Shown here: positions 26,872 through 36,016 of the stretch, piece after piece
Layout of the letters: each line of letters starts with the position of its first letter
Position numbering within the stretch: the first letter of the stretch is position 1
From: a virus
Taxonomy: Duplodnaviria; Caudoviricetes
Length of the DNA stretch: 64,000 nucleotides
Reading direction: 5' to 3' (one strand)
Virus record (IMG/VR): IMGVR_UViG_3300017913_001833
Span: 64,001-128,000 of that record
Notes under the pieces: generated by a model
What the model was told of the DNA's origin: nothing
The model's input: the letters and a program-made list of their open reading frames with translations, nothing else
Databases searched by the model: none
Program-made: the position numbers and the translations under genes

Positions 26872-27708
26872 TTATAGGGTTATCATATGATCAGGCAATA
26901 TATCGCCTTCTAGCAACATGTCAAAAGGATGTTTTACTCCAAAGAACTTGTTTGTTGCCCATGTTTTTTCAATAGGATCATAGTCAAACCAAGGACTACA
27001 TCCTATTACAAGATGTGTTCTAGTGTTGTCAGTTTTTTCTGTGCTAAAAACTTTGTGTGCTACATTTGTATCCCATGTATACAAGTTACCTACTTTTAAA
27101 TTGTAAGGATCTTTGTTTTCCATTTGAAAATAAAATTCTTTACTAGTTGTAAGCGGAATGTTCAATCTAAGATTTATAAAAATACTTTCATCCCTATGCC
27201 AACCTACCTTAGGATCATCTGGAAAGTCTTTTGCAACAAGTGTGCTTATTCTACTTCTAACTATAGTAGGTTTAATTTGTGCAAGTAGATTTCCTAACTC
27301 TCCTTCTATACTACAAGGTGTAGGTTTTACAAATCCAAATGTGTCGTAATAACTGTCTTTTACATATTCATGATTGTGCGTTTGTGCATAAAAGAATTCA
27401 CCTGTCTTATTCTTAGGTGTACCTATACTGTTAACATTTTCATCTATATTATCTTGATGATTTGGATTACTACGCAAACTTAAACTTTTATAAAAATTTA
27501 CGTTTTGATTTTTAGTTTGCCAACCAACTGGATTGTATTTTTGTAAAATCTCTTGTACACTATTTTTTAACGCTTCAATATCATAGTTAAACTGTAAAGA
27601 TAAGTCACTATGTTTTGATTCAACTAAATGTTTGTTAAGTTTAGTTGCTTTTGTTAACCATTCGTGGACAGTAAATGCCTTAGGACATAATTCAACTGGG
27701 TACTTCAT
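26872..27708 (-). CDS. Asp/Asn beta-hydroxylase-like Fe(II)/2OG oxygenase
   Basis: RSRIS...WHRD...RLNIPLTT...WDTNVAH...RTHLV. Confidence 0.78.
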   Translation of the reverse strand: MKYPVELCPKAFTVHEWLTKATKLNKHLVESKHSDLSLQFNYDIEALKNSVQEILQKYNPVGWQTKNQNVNFYKSLSLRSNPNHQDNIDENVNSIGTPKNKTGEFFYAQTHNHEYVKDSYYDTFGFVKPTPCSIEGELGNLLAQIKPTIVRSRISTLVAKDFPDDPKVGWHRDESIFINLRLNIPLTTSKEFYFQMENKDPYNLKVGNLYTWDTNVAHKVFSTEKTDNTRTHLVIGCSPWFDYDPIEKTWATNKFFGVKHPFDMLLEGDILPDHMITL

Positions 27709-28271
27709 AGACTTTCCTTGTATTGCTTGATATTTAATTCAGCAACTGTTTGAAGTGTATATTGTACTTCTACTTTTTGATCTAGCCATGTTAGATTATT
27801 ATATATTTTTCTTGGGCCACCAAACGTACTTGCTTTGCCTTCACTCATACGTCTTAGAAAATTAACAAGTCGATGATTATAATCATTAAAAGTCATCCAA
27901 ACTTTTTCATAACCTTGTGCATGCCAATAGTCTATCTGCAAAGGGAATATATTTCTTGCTTGACACCAGTGGCCTCCTCCTCTATAATCTGGATGAGTAA
28001 ATGCCCTAACTCCAATAATAGGTATATCTTTCCACAAATACGTGCCACTCATAGCAATAGGTTTAACATCACGTACGATGTTAAACATATCAAATCTTTG
28101 CTTTTTATGTATTAGATGCAACAAAGTATAAGATTTGTTTTCCCAGCCATTAATATCATAATTTTTATAGGCATTTTCTTTTAGACTATATGCATACTCA
28201 CTTAGATATTGTAAATCTAAATTTTGAATATCTGTAATTTTTCCGCGGTATAACGAATCAGTTTTGATCAT
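27705..28271 (-). CDS. GNAT-like acyltransferase
   Basis: PIAMSG, RAFTHPDYRGGG (acetyl-CoA-binding motif A-like), VWMTFNDYN. Confidence 0.62.
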   Translation of the reverse strand: MIKTDSLYRGKITDIQNLDLQYLSEYAYSLKENAYKNYDINGWENKSYTLLHLIHKKQRFDMFNIVRDVKPIAMSGTYLWKDIPIIGVRAFTHPDYRGGGHWCQARNIFPLQIDYWHAQGYEKVWMTFNDYNHRLVNFLRRMSEGKASTFGGPRKIYNNLTWLDQKVEVQYTLQTVAELNIKQYKESL

Positions 28272-28274
28272 AAA

Positions 28275-28772
28275 CTAGATTGCTCCTACACTAACCAACT
28301 TCTTAAATGTGTAAGGAAATTTGCATTGTAGCACAAATGCACTACGCCAGCCATCTGTGTTATTTTCATAACCATGCCAAGAGCTACAATCAAATGCAGT
28401 AGGACAATCTATCAGCACACTATCAATTTTTTTGCCGTCAATACTCTCATAAAAATCTAAAGGTGTGCTATAGTTGTCTAAAGGAAAAAGTATATTGACT
28501 GTGCGTTTAATTTCACCCGCTGCACTATCTTCGTGTGCTTCTACAATACTATTAGCTTGTGTTCTTATAAAACTACAACTATAGAATATTTTACTCATTG
28601 CAAATTGATCTAATATCTCTTTAACATAATAATTTTTCATATCATATGCACTATGAACTTGCTGAGGAACTTTTCGTCCTATTTCTTTATATCCATCACT
28701 ATAGGTTAAACTTTGTGCAATCTCTAACAATGCATCTTTAGAATATTTTATATGAGGTAATTGTTTATACAT
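28275..28772 (-). CDS. Fe(II)/2OG oxygenase-like protein
   Basis: AHED...VNILFP...SWHGYEN...RSAF. Confidence 0.7.
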   Translation of the reverse strand: MYKQLPHIKYSKDALLEIAQSLTYSDGYKEIGRKVPQQVHSAYDMKNYYVKEILDQFAMSKIFYSCSFIRTQANSIVEAHEDSAAGEIKRTVNILFPLDNYSTPLDFYESIDGKKIDSVLIDCPTAFDCSSWHGYENNTDGWRSAFVLQCKFPYTFKKLVSVGAI

Positions 28773-29491
28773 TAACTTTCAGCCGCTTCTAGAATGTTCA
28801 AAACTCTTAATACATTTTCATAAGTCTTAGGAATGTTGAGAACTAAATGTATACTGCCGTGCTGATAACTATGTGTCCTATGTTGTTTACGGGTATCAAT
28901 ATAGTAACACCGGCCTTCTTCAATACTGCGTATACTGTAATCATGCTCCCATTGATAACTTTGATGTCCTGTATTTGTTAAAAATGCTACTATACGAAAA
29001 CATTTGCGTTGTAGTAACACACCATCTCTATGGCTTGGAAACCATCCACCTTTGTTAACTTTTACAAGTGTGCAACGTCCTAACTTAGGAAAGTAATCTA
29101 ATATAGGATGTAAGCTAGGAGTATCATGATATAATTGTGTAGGTGTATCGAAGTCAAGTTCATTTAATTTACGACCAGCTCGTTTTTGTGCTTCTGGCAT
29201 ACTAATACTATCTTGTGGTGTATCACCAGGTAACCCTACCATGTTAAGTCCGTCTCTATCATTAAGACTACCTTCACGGTGTAAGTAAGGAACCCACTGT
29301 CCGTCATATTTAGAAATTTCTTTTCTAAATTCACTTAGGTTAATTTTAATTGAAAGAGGAACAAAATCACCAATTGCATCAAGTTGCATTTCAGTAGCAA
29401 TATCCAAAAGTTTTGGATGTGAAAACGTACCGTCTTTAAATGATTGTAAATAATCAATTTTAAGTTTTTTCTTTTCTTCTTCTGTTATCAT
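28772..29491 (-). CDS. Asp/Asn beta-hydroxylase-like Fe(II)/2OG oxygenase
   Basis: GGWFPSHRD...GRCYYIDTRKQH...IHLVLNI. Confidence 0.75.
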   Translation of the reverse strand: MITEEEKKKLKIDYLQSFKDGTFSHPKLLDIATEMQLDAIGDFVPLSIKINLSEFRKEISKYDGQWVPYLHREGSLNDRDGLNMVGLPGDTPQDSISMPEAQKRAGRKLNELDFDTPTQLYHDTPSLHPILDYFPKLGRCTLVKVNKGGWFPSHRDGVLLQRKCFRIVAFLTNTGHQSYQWEHDYSIRSIEEGRCYYIDTRKQHRTHSYQHGSIHLVLNIPKTYENVLRVLNILEAAES

Positions 29492-30180
29492 TGTATCTCC
29501 GTAAAAATACTTAGTCCTATTTTTCTGTCAACCCCTAGCTTTGTAAAGTCACTTGAACAATGTATTCGTAAACTATCAAAAGCAATTATACTTCCTATAG
29601 TCCAAGGAAAAAATCCTTTCACACTTAATCCTTCAAGCCAATTATCTTTCAAATGAGTTAAGACATTTCTAATAGGTTGCGGTATTCCATTTTTATTTGT
29701 GTTTTCTACTTCACTATAATCATATAATGGTTGATTGTAATAAAATGGTATATCTAAATCTTGTTCACCGTTGAACAATTTTACAGGACCGCCATAATAG
29801 TATTGGTCAAACATAACTAGTTTTATTTTGTTACAATCTCCTTTATCTACCCATAAAGGTATAGTAAATGCTTTGTACACATCTGGATATTCAAAACTAT
29901 CATCTATGTGTAGCACATGAGGACTAGTAACATCAAAATAATGTGCAGACCTTACTTTGAAATTTCCAAACTGTTTACGTAACAAATCTAGTATGTCATC
30001 AATTACGTCTTCACCTTCTTCAACATACACAACTTTAGGACCTGTATTCTTTTCTATCTTTTCACTTGCATGATAATATTCAAGCAAACTTGTAATTTTG
30101 TCTTGATTAATTACATTTAATAATTGTGTAGATTCAGAATGTGTTTTCTTAATCCTGTTTATCTGCTCTGTTGTTCTCAT
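29488..30180 (-). CDS. Fe(II)/2OG oxygenase-like protein
   Basis: Start MRTTEQ (30180); LHIDD...FTIPL...GSIIAFDSLRIHCS...KIGLSIF. Confidence 0.68.
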   Translation of the reverse strand: MRTTEQINRIKKTHSESTQLLNVINQDKITSLLEYYHASEKIEKNTGPKVVYVEEGEDVIDDILDLLRKQFGNFKVRSAHYFDVTSPHVLHIDDSFEYPDVYKAFTIPLWVDKGDCNKIKLVMFDQYYYGGPVKLFNGEQDLDIPFYYNQPLYDYSEVENTNKNGIPQPIRNVLTHLKDNWLEGLSVKGFFPWTIGSIIAFDSLRIHCSSDFTKLGVDRKIGLSIFTEIQ

Positions 30181-31288
30181 CTTTAACTTTCGGTATCTTA
30201 CTATCTGCAGAACTAACACAGCTCTTAGTAATACACGTTTTTGGCTCTTTAAACAGTTTAAAGCCTGTCTCGATGTTACCAAGGGGTGCATCATGGCAAG
30301 AATAACTTCTTTTTACCGAACCGTCAGGCTCCCGTATTATTATTCCGCTAAAACCGGCGTTACACCGCCATCCTTCGAATTTATTAAAATTAAAGGCATT
30401 AAAGCGTTCTGCTTGGTCCATATACCACTTTTTACCTGTAGAGTCTTTTAGCTCTACTTGCATGTGCCATGGAACACTTGCATCATTCTTACCTGTTACT
30501 CCTGCAGGGATTTGGAATGTTGGTTTTGGTCTGCCTTCCCATTGCCTTTTGCTTTCTGTATAGGCTCGCTGGGGCATTCCGTTCCAGAGTCTGTCGAGTT
30601 GGTCTTTTGTGTATCCTTCAACAACTCGTGATGCTGTTGGATCAGACTGGGGTTTGAGAGTGACATTAATGCCTCTGGAATGGAAAAATAAGGCATTGCT
30701 CCAGTCTCGTTCAAACCATTCTGGAACCATGACCATATTGATCGTAACTTGGATATCATGTTCTTGACATAGGATGAGTTTATTTGCAAACTCTTCCATC
30801 CTTTCAGTAGTATTTACATGTTCTGTGTGTAAACTAGCTGTAATAGAGGCCCTATGGAAAGGTTTTGCATACTCTACATATGTTTCAAACCACTTCATAG
30901 GCCTGCTACAATTACTTGTCATATGTATGCTTGTATAATTTGTATTTCCTACATCATCTGCTAGATGTTTTAATATGTCCAAGTATCCAGGATGGAAAGT
31001 AGGTTCTCCTCCCGACAAGGAGAAATGGAAAGAATTGAAGCCGTTGAGTCTGGCTTGACGTTTGATTTCATCCACTGTAAGCAAGCAGAGCTCGGTAGGA
31101 CGGTGGTCTTTACGATCACTTCTTGCGTAAGGCCAACAGTAGGAACATCTGTAGTTACAGAACCTTCCGAGTAACCAGGATACAGTAAATAGATCGCGAT
31201 AAAGCAGAGTACGTTGACCCACAGAGACAATGTCATCAAAAGGGATCTTAGTAAAGTCATAATTACTCCATTTCAAATCTTCATTCAT
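30149..31288 (-). CDS. Radical SAM enzyme with C-terminal Cys (twitch/SPASM-like) domain
   Basis: WLLGRFCNYRCSYC, SGGEP, TSN; C-terminal CNAG...SC...CITKSC. Confidence 0.88.
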   Translation of the reverse strand: MNEDLKWSNYDFTKIPFDDIVSVGQRTLLYRDLFTVSWLLGRFCNYRCSYCWPYARSDRKDHRPTELCLLTVDEIKRQARLNGFNSFHFSLSGGEPTFHPGYLDILKHLADDVGNTNYTSIHMTSNCSRPMKWFETYVEYAKPFHRASITASLHTEHVNTTERMEEFANKLILCQEHDIQVTINMVMVPEWFERDWSNALFFHSRGINVTLKPQSDPTASRVVEGYTKDQLDRLWNGMPQRAYTESKRQWEGRPKPTFQIPAGVTGKNDASVPWHMQVELKDSTGKKWYMDQAERFNAFNFNKFEGWRCNAGFSGIIIREPDGSVKRSYSCHDAPLGNIETGFKLFKEPKTCITKSCVSSADSKIPKVKDENNRADKQD

Positions 31289-31293
31289 AATAT

Positions 31294-31322
31294 ACTATAA
31301 CACCACTACAGCTATTTGTCAA
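31294..31322 (-). promoter_or_regulatory. Sigma70 promoter with extended -10, probably leaderless
   Basis: Minus strand TTGACA-17 nt-TATAGT with TG; ATG follows 5 nt later. Confidence 0.72.
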
Positions 31323-31325
31323 TAG

Positions 31326-31351
31326 TATTTACGATAAATATTTAGGAGACA
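31326..31351. promoter_or_regulatory. Back-to-back late promoter cores plus RBS (similar to 20797-20825)
   Basis: TATTTAC-G-ATAAATA-TTTAGGAGACA. Confidence 0.6.
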
Positions 31352-31358
31352 GTACAAA

Positions 31359-31940
31359 ATGACTTTGCTAGACTACGCAAAAACTATAGAACCTTGTCAA
31401 AGGAACTGGGACGAAGATTACGAAGTTCCAGATGAACATATAGATTACATATTAGACGTATGCACAACAGTTCCCACAAAACAAAACCTAAACACCTATA
31501 GCTTAGTTACTATTACAGACAGAGAAACTATAGAAAATATATATAAAAAGTGTGCTTTTGATCCACAAGGCTATGCAGCAACTTATCTAAAAAACAGCCA
31601 AGTAAATGCAAATGCTTTGTTCATATGGTGCAATGGCACAGACAAGGCTGAATTCAAAGATGATGTAGATATTGCAGTTGGTATAAGTTCTGGTGCTGCT
31701 GCACTTGCGGCAGCTGAACTAGGTTACAAAACAGGTTTTTGCAAATGTTTTGAACCAAGACCTCTAAGAAAAATTCTTAGAAAAGCAGGTGTAAAAGATT
31801 ACAATCATGGTATACTAATGTTAGGGGTAGGTAAACCTAACGAGGATTTTCCTAGACATTACATTGTACGTGATGGAAGATACGCAGGTTTGCAACCTCC
31901 TAAAGGTGACAAAAATATTTTGCGTCAAAGGATTAAGTAG
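31359..31940 (+). CDS. Nitroreductase-fold flavoprotein
   Basis: CQRNWD, VPTKQN, AAAELGYKTGFCKC, LGVGKP. Confidence 0.78.
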   Translation: MTLLDYAKTIEPCQRNWDEDYEVPDEHIDYILDVCTTVPTKQNLNTYSLVTITDRETIENIYKKCAFDPQGYAATYLKNSQVNANALFIWCNGTDKAEFKDDVDIAVGISSGAAALAAAELGYKTGFCKCFEPRPLRKILRKAGVKDYNHGILMLGVGKPNEDFPRHYIVRDGRYAGLQPPKGDKNILRQRIK

Positions 31941-33099
31941 ATAATACACCTACGTCAAAATGATTAGCAACAACAGATTTATAATTTTCTTTATACCTAC
32001 TTTTAGGTGCACATAATCCGCAACCGCACACATGCTTAGGACAAGTTATAGTAGGCATAGTTTGTGATTCTAACATTTGTTTCAAGTTAGCAATAATATC
32101 TTTACCCTCACTTATTTTACCAATTGGGCCACGTGTACCATCAAAACGTGCTTGACATGTTTGATGATGGAAAACGCTGTCAGTTTGTTGTTCTAAATGT
32201 AAGAAGAACCAGTTTACACTGCACTGCCAGCCTTTGAATTCACGTAAGTCTACAAATGTTGCATTACGACTTTTTCCATTACTGCTTAAACACATTTCTC
32301 TGCTACCGCAGCAAGGTCTGCCTTCTACTAGTCCTAGTTTTTTCTTTTCGCTAGTCTTTTCGCCTGCGGCACTTAGTACTTTTGTAACTTCTTTTTCTTT
32401 GTTAAGTTTTGCGTTTTTATTTTTCCAGAAGTCACGCATGTATGTAAGTTGTTCTTCGTTATACTTGTGTGCAAAACTGGGCTTGCTATCAGGTTCTTCA
32501 CCAATAACCCGTGGTACATACTTTACACCATGTGTATCTAAGTAATCACACAAGTCCTTGCATTCGTCAAAATGCTCTGCATGGAACATTACATTGACAC
32601 TCATAGTAAGTCCGTGTTCTGGTCCATGTGTGTGAAATTGTAAAATCCTATCTCTTACTTGCTGTTTAAGTTTTTCATCACTCTCAGCATGGTAACTTAC
32701 AGTTATATGACGCATGTTTTCCATAACACGCTGAGCCATTTTTTCGCCCATTGCTCCATTACTTGTTAGTGCAAAGTTAGCTTTCCATTTATGTGCATAC
32801 TTTGTTTCATATTCACTTTTTAAATATTGTATAAAAGGTATAAAGTTTGGATTTACAGTAGGTTCGCCTCCAGTAAAGCCTATACTTGTAAACTTAAAAT
32901 CTCTGTATTGCATGTATGTGTCAATATACTCGAACAAAAAGTCTGTATTTGCTTTAAGTTCATCTAAACTAGCATGGGGACTATAATTATCATGTCGTGT
33001 AACAGGACAATAACTACAATCGTAATTACAACGTCTGCCTAAATCCCAAGTAACTTGAAAAACATTACCTGTTTTAAGATCTAAAGTATCAAAGCTCAA
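31933..33099 (-). CDS. Radical SAM enzyme with Cys-rich C-terminal domain
   Basis: TTG start at 33099 after GGAGG; WDLGRRCNYDCSYC, TGGEP, TSNG; PCCG...C...CPKHVCGCGLCAPK; paralog of 30149-31288. Confidence 0.87.
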   Translation of the reverse strand: MSFDTLDLKTGNVFQVTWDLGRRCNYDCSYCPVTRHDNYSPHASLDELKANTDFLFEYIDTYMQYRDFKFTSIGFTGGEPTVNPNFIPFIQYLKSEYETKYAHKWKANFALTSNGAMGEKMAQRVMENMRHITVSYHAESDEKLKQQVRDRILQFHTHGPEHGLTMSVNVMFHAEHFDECKDLCDYLDTHGVKYVPRVIGEEPDSKPSFAHKYNEEQLTYMRDFWKNKNAKLNKEKEVTKVLSAAGEKTSEKKKLGLVEGRPCCGSREMCLSSNGKSRNATFVDLREFKGWQCSVNWFFLHLEQQTDSVFHHQTCQARFDGTRGPIGKISEGKDIIANLKQMLESQTMPTITCPKHVCGCGLCAPKSRYKENYKSVVANHFDVGVLST

Positions 33100-34057
33100 T
33101 GCCGTTTTCCTCCAATGCCCATGCTTTTTCTTTACACCAATAACAATGACCACATTCTTCAACATTTTTATCTTTGTTATACCAAAATGCATCTTTGCCT
33201 GCTAGAGGTCCTTGCATACTGCTTCCGTCACCTTCGCAACTACGTGTAAGTTTAAGCAAGTCAAGTAGATCCATATTTTTGTATTGTTTAATCACCCAAT
33301 CTTTTTCGATATACTTGAACGGGTGTAGTTCCCAGAAGTGTGTTTTACAAATAGCAAGGTCATGTATGTCAGCTTTTTGAATATCTACATCTCTATTTTG
33401 CATCCTATCTTCAGGTGCTATATCTAAATCTGCATTTTTTGTAATAGCAGTAAATATTGCTTGGTAATTATTTTCATATGCTATGTATTCATTATACTTT
33501 TCGACAATAACTTGATCGCCGCTTCGCTGTTTTGGTTCATGTATAATATATCCTATAGCACCGTGTTCAAGTTCTGGTGGAATAAAGTTTGTATTTTGTA
33601 CACCGATAGTGTCGCCCCAGATATCTTTTAACTTATTATAAACTATTTTACTGATAGGCATCTGCCAAGGTCTGTTTCTCCAACCTCTATTGTGTGTGAT
33701 AAGGTCAATAGTGATGTTGTAGTTGTTTTCCTGTATAATATTTGCTAGTATGCTTGTTAACACTGCACTATCAGCGCCGCCAGATAAATTAACTGCTATC
33801 CTTTCCCAACTTGGATTCAAAGGTATATACAATCCGTCAACAAAATGCAAATGGAAACCGTGTTTTTTCAACAAACTACGATTTTCGTCTTTACGTCTTA
33901 CTGTGAGTTTGCGTATTTCTTCTTCTTTTTCAATGCCACTTGCATCACTTTCACGTATAGCATCAATTTTTTCATTAACTCTACTGTGCAATACTTTTTG
34001 ATATTCTACTATGTCAAAGTCAAAGTACTGATAGGTATCATATTGCTGTTTGGTCAT
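33089..34057 (-). CDS. QueC-like PP-loop ATPase with C-terminal Zn motif
   Basis: VNLSGGADS; TRSCE...CGHCYWC. Confidence 0.75.
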   Translation of the reverse strand: MTKQQYDTYQYFDFDIVEYQKVLHSRVNEKIDAIRESDASGIEKEEEIRKLTVRRKDENRSLLKKHGFHLHFVDGLYIPLNPSWERIAVNLSGGADSAVLTSILANIIQENNYNITIDLITHNRGWRNRPWQMPISKIVYNKLKDIWGDTIGVQNTNFIPPELEHGAIGYIIHEPKQRSGDQVIVEKYNEYIAYENNYQAIFTAITKNADLDIAPEDRMQNRDVDIQKADIHDLAICKTHFWELHPFKYIEKDWVIKQYKNMDLLDLLKLTRSCEGDGSSMQGPLAGKDAFWYNKDKNVEECGHCYWCKEKAWALEENGIEL

Positions 34058-35376
34058 ACTACTTCCTTTACATCCATGCTTTCTAGTTTATATTTTTTGA
34101 AATACTGATTGAAATCTTGCTTCCACAGCTTGTCCATCCTATTGGCATATATTATAAATGCTGTTTTGTCTTTTTCATGTGTTTTATGATTCACTATATA
34201 ATTTCTTACTTCTTCTAAGTCTCTAAGCAAAACATATATGTCCATAAATTTATTTTTTTCCTTGTTGTACCCTCTATGATTTTCATAACCTTCAAGTGAT
34301 AAACGCTTTTTCTCAACTTTTCTTATTGCTTTGATAGTTCTTTTTATATCTACAAGTATACGCTTGCCAAATATTCTGTATGCAACCGCAGGATTAATGT
34401 ACGCAGGTGTATACACAATGCTCATCGAAACCATATTTAAATTTAATGACAACAAACTTACTAGAATATTTTGAATATCAAGCATTTGGTATATGCTTGT
34501 TGTACATACAGCATCTAATATTGTATGATTGTTGATACTTTTAAATTTTTCTAAATTATCTTTAAGAACATTCCAATCTCCGTCCCTAAAATAACTGTAA
34601 ATGTTAGTACCACTGTCTACGCTTATCTTTATTGTGCTTTCTCCAAAAGGTTTGAGTAATTCATTTAACCGTTCAACATCAAATTTTGCATTAAAGTTTG
34701 TGTGGAAGAATATTTCAATATTAGAAGCGTTTGGATGCTCGGCTAATTTTTCTAAAACTGCAAAGAATTGTTTTTGATATAACACTTCGCCGCCAGCAAA
34801 ATCAATTTTTTGTATGTTAGGAAAATTTACAACTAGATCATTTGCAATTTCTAATGCATCTGCTTTACTTAAACGTATTTGTGTAGTATCATCAGGACCT
34901 TCTCTATGCTGTGTTTTTAACAGTTGTATGAGATTGTGCTTCTCATCAAGTTGGTCAGGCACATAATTTTTTAATCTAGCCGCCCAATTACTACTATATA
35001 CTTCGCTACAATGTAAACAAGCCATGTTACAACTATTACTGAATCTTAATTCAACATGTTTTAATCCTGTCAAAGGCATAATTCCTGTTTTAGGATCATA
35101 TTCACGCAAGTCTATTCTATTCTGATAGTCTTGCCGCATACTACGAGTGCCTTCTCTCTCTGCTTCTTCGCACAAATGACATGCGTCTGGCCATTTGCCT
35201 TTATCCAGTTGCTGTCTAAATTTTCTAAATTTATCGTTATTCCAAAATTCACTAGGAAGTTTGCTGTCGATAGTCTGTAGCCTAGCAGGATTGATAGGAC
35301 ATGTTGTTACAAATCCATTCTTATAATTTAAACCACTGTATGCATAATAGCAAGGTAATTTAGATTTGCGCTTCAT
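34054..35376 (-). CDS. Radical SAM enzyme with N-terminal twitch-like Cys domain
   Basis: N-terminal C...TC...CHLC; CNMACLHC; FAGGE; HTN; ISVD. Confidence 0.87.
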   Translation of the reverse strand: MKRKSKLPCYYAYSGLNYKNGFVTTCPINPARLQTIDSKLPSEFWNNDKFRKFRQQLDKGKWPDACHLCEEAEREGTRSMRQDYQNRIDLREYDPKTGIMPLTGLKHVELRFSNSCNMACLHCSEVYSSNWAARLKNYVPDQLDEKHNLIQLLKTQHREGPDDTTQIRLSKADALEIANDLVVNFPNIQKIDFAGGEVLYQKQFFAVLEKLAEHPNASNIEIFFHTNFNAKFDVERLNELLKPFGESTIKISVDSGTNIYSYFRDGDWNVLKDNLEKFKSINNHTILDAVCTTSIYQMLDIQNILVSLLSLNLNMVSMSIVYTPAYINPAVAYRIFGKRILVDIKRTIKAIRKVEKKRLSLEGYENHRGYNKEKNKFMDIYVLLRDLEEVRNYIVNHKTHEKDKTAFIIYANRMDKLWKQDFNQYFKKYKLESMDVKEVV

Positions 35377-36016
35377 TAGTAAAAATATCCTTTTGCATCA
35401 ACCAGTCGGCTTGCCATCTACAACCAGCAGGACCAAAATGATGATTGTCATCTTCTTTAGTGAATGTTTTATACTGTTTTTCACCCAACAACTCTTTTAC
35501 TATTTCAATATTTTCAAAATCACTGTGAGAATTTTTAAAATGAAAAAACATAAAGTTAGACTTTGCCTGTGCATAATGACAATGCACTAGATGCTGATGT
35601 TTCATTGTTTTGTTACTAGTAAACTTGTAGTACAATTTTCTATATTTGATTATATCTTTTTCTGGAGGCATAAAAGCATGGAAAGAATTAGGAGTAAACC
35701 CAACTACTTTTTTATCAGGCACAGGATTTTCTAGCCTAAAATAATTATCTGTTTCAGTAATAAACTTAGGTTCGTAATTTTCTTCCCAAGCTGTTACTCT
35801 TCCGTGATTCGTAACTTGAAAAACAAAACAATTATTATCTTCAGGAAATTTTTTTATTGCATAATCTAACAGATATGTTGCAACATTTATACTTGTACCT
35901 GCTATTGCCCAATTATAAAAGTTTTTGCTAGGAAGTAATCTTGCAAGCTCTTTTACATAGTTGTTTTTCGGCCATCCTGTCCAGCTACAACCAAAGAAAT
36001 GATAATTGTCAAACAT
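35360..36016 (-). CDS. SGNH-hydrolase/acyltransferase-like protein
   Basis: FFGCSWT (block I), NWAIAGTS (block II), DDNHHFG (block V). Confidence 0.55.
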   Translation of the reverse strand: MFDNYHFFGCSWTGWPKNNYVKELARLLPSKNFYNWAIAGTSINVATYLLDYAIKKFPEDNNCFVFQVTNHGRVTAWEENYEPKFITETDNYFRLENPVPDKKVVGFTPNSFHAFMPPEKDIIKYRKLYYKFTSNKTMKHQHLVHCHYAQAKSNFMFFHFKNSHSDFENIEIVKELLGEKQYKTFTKEDDNHHFGPAGCRWQADWLMQKDIFTNEAQI

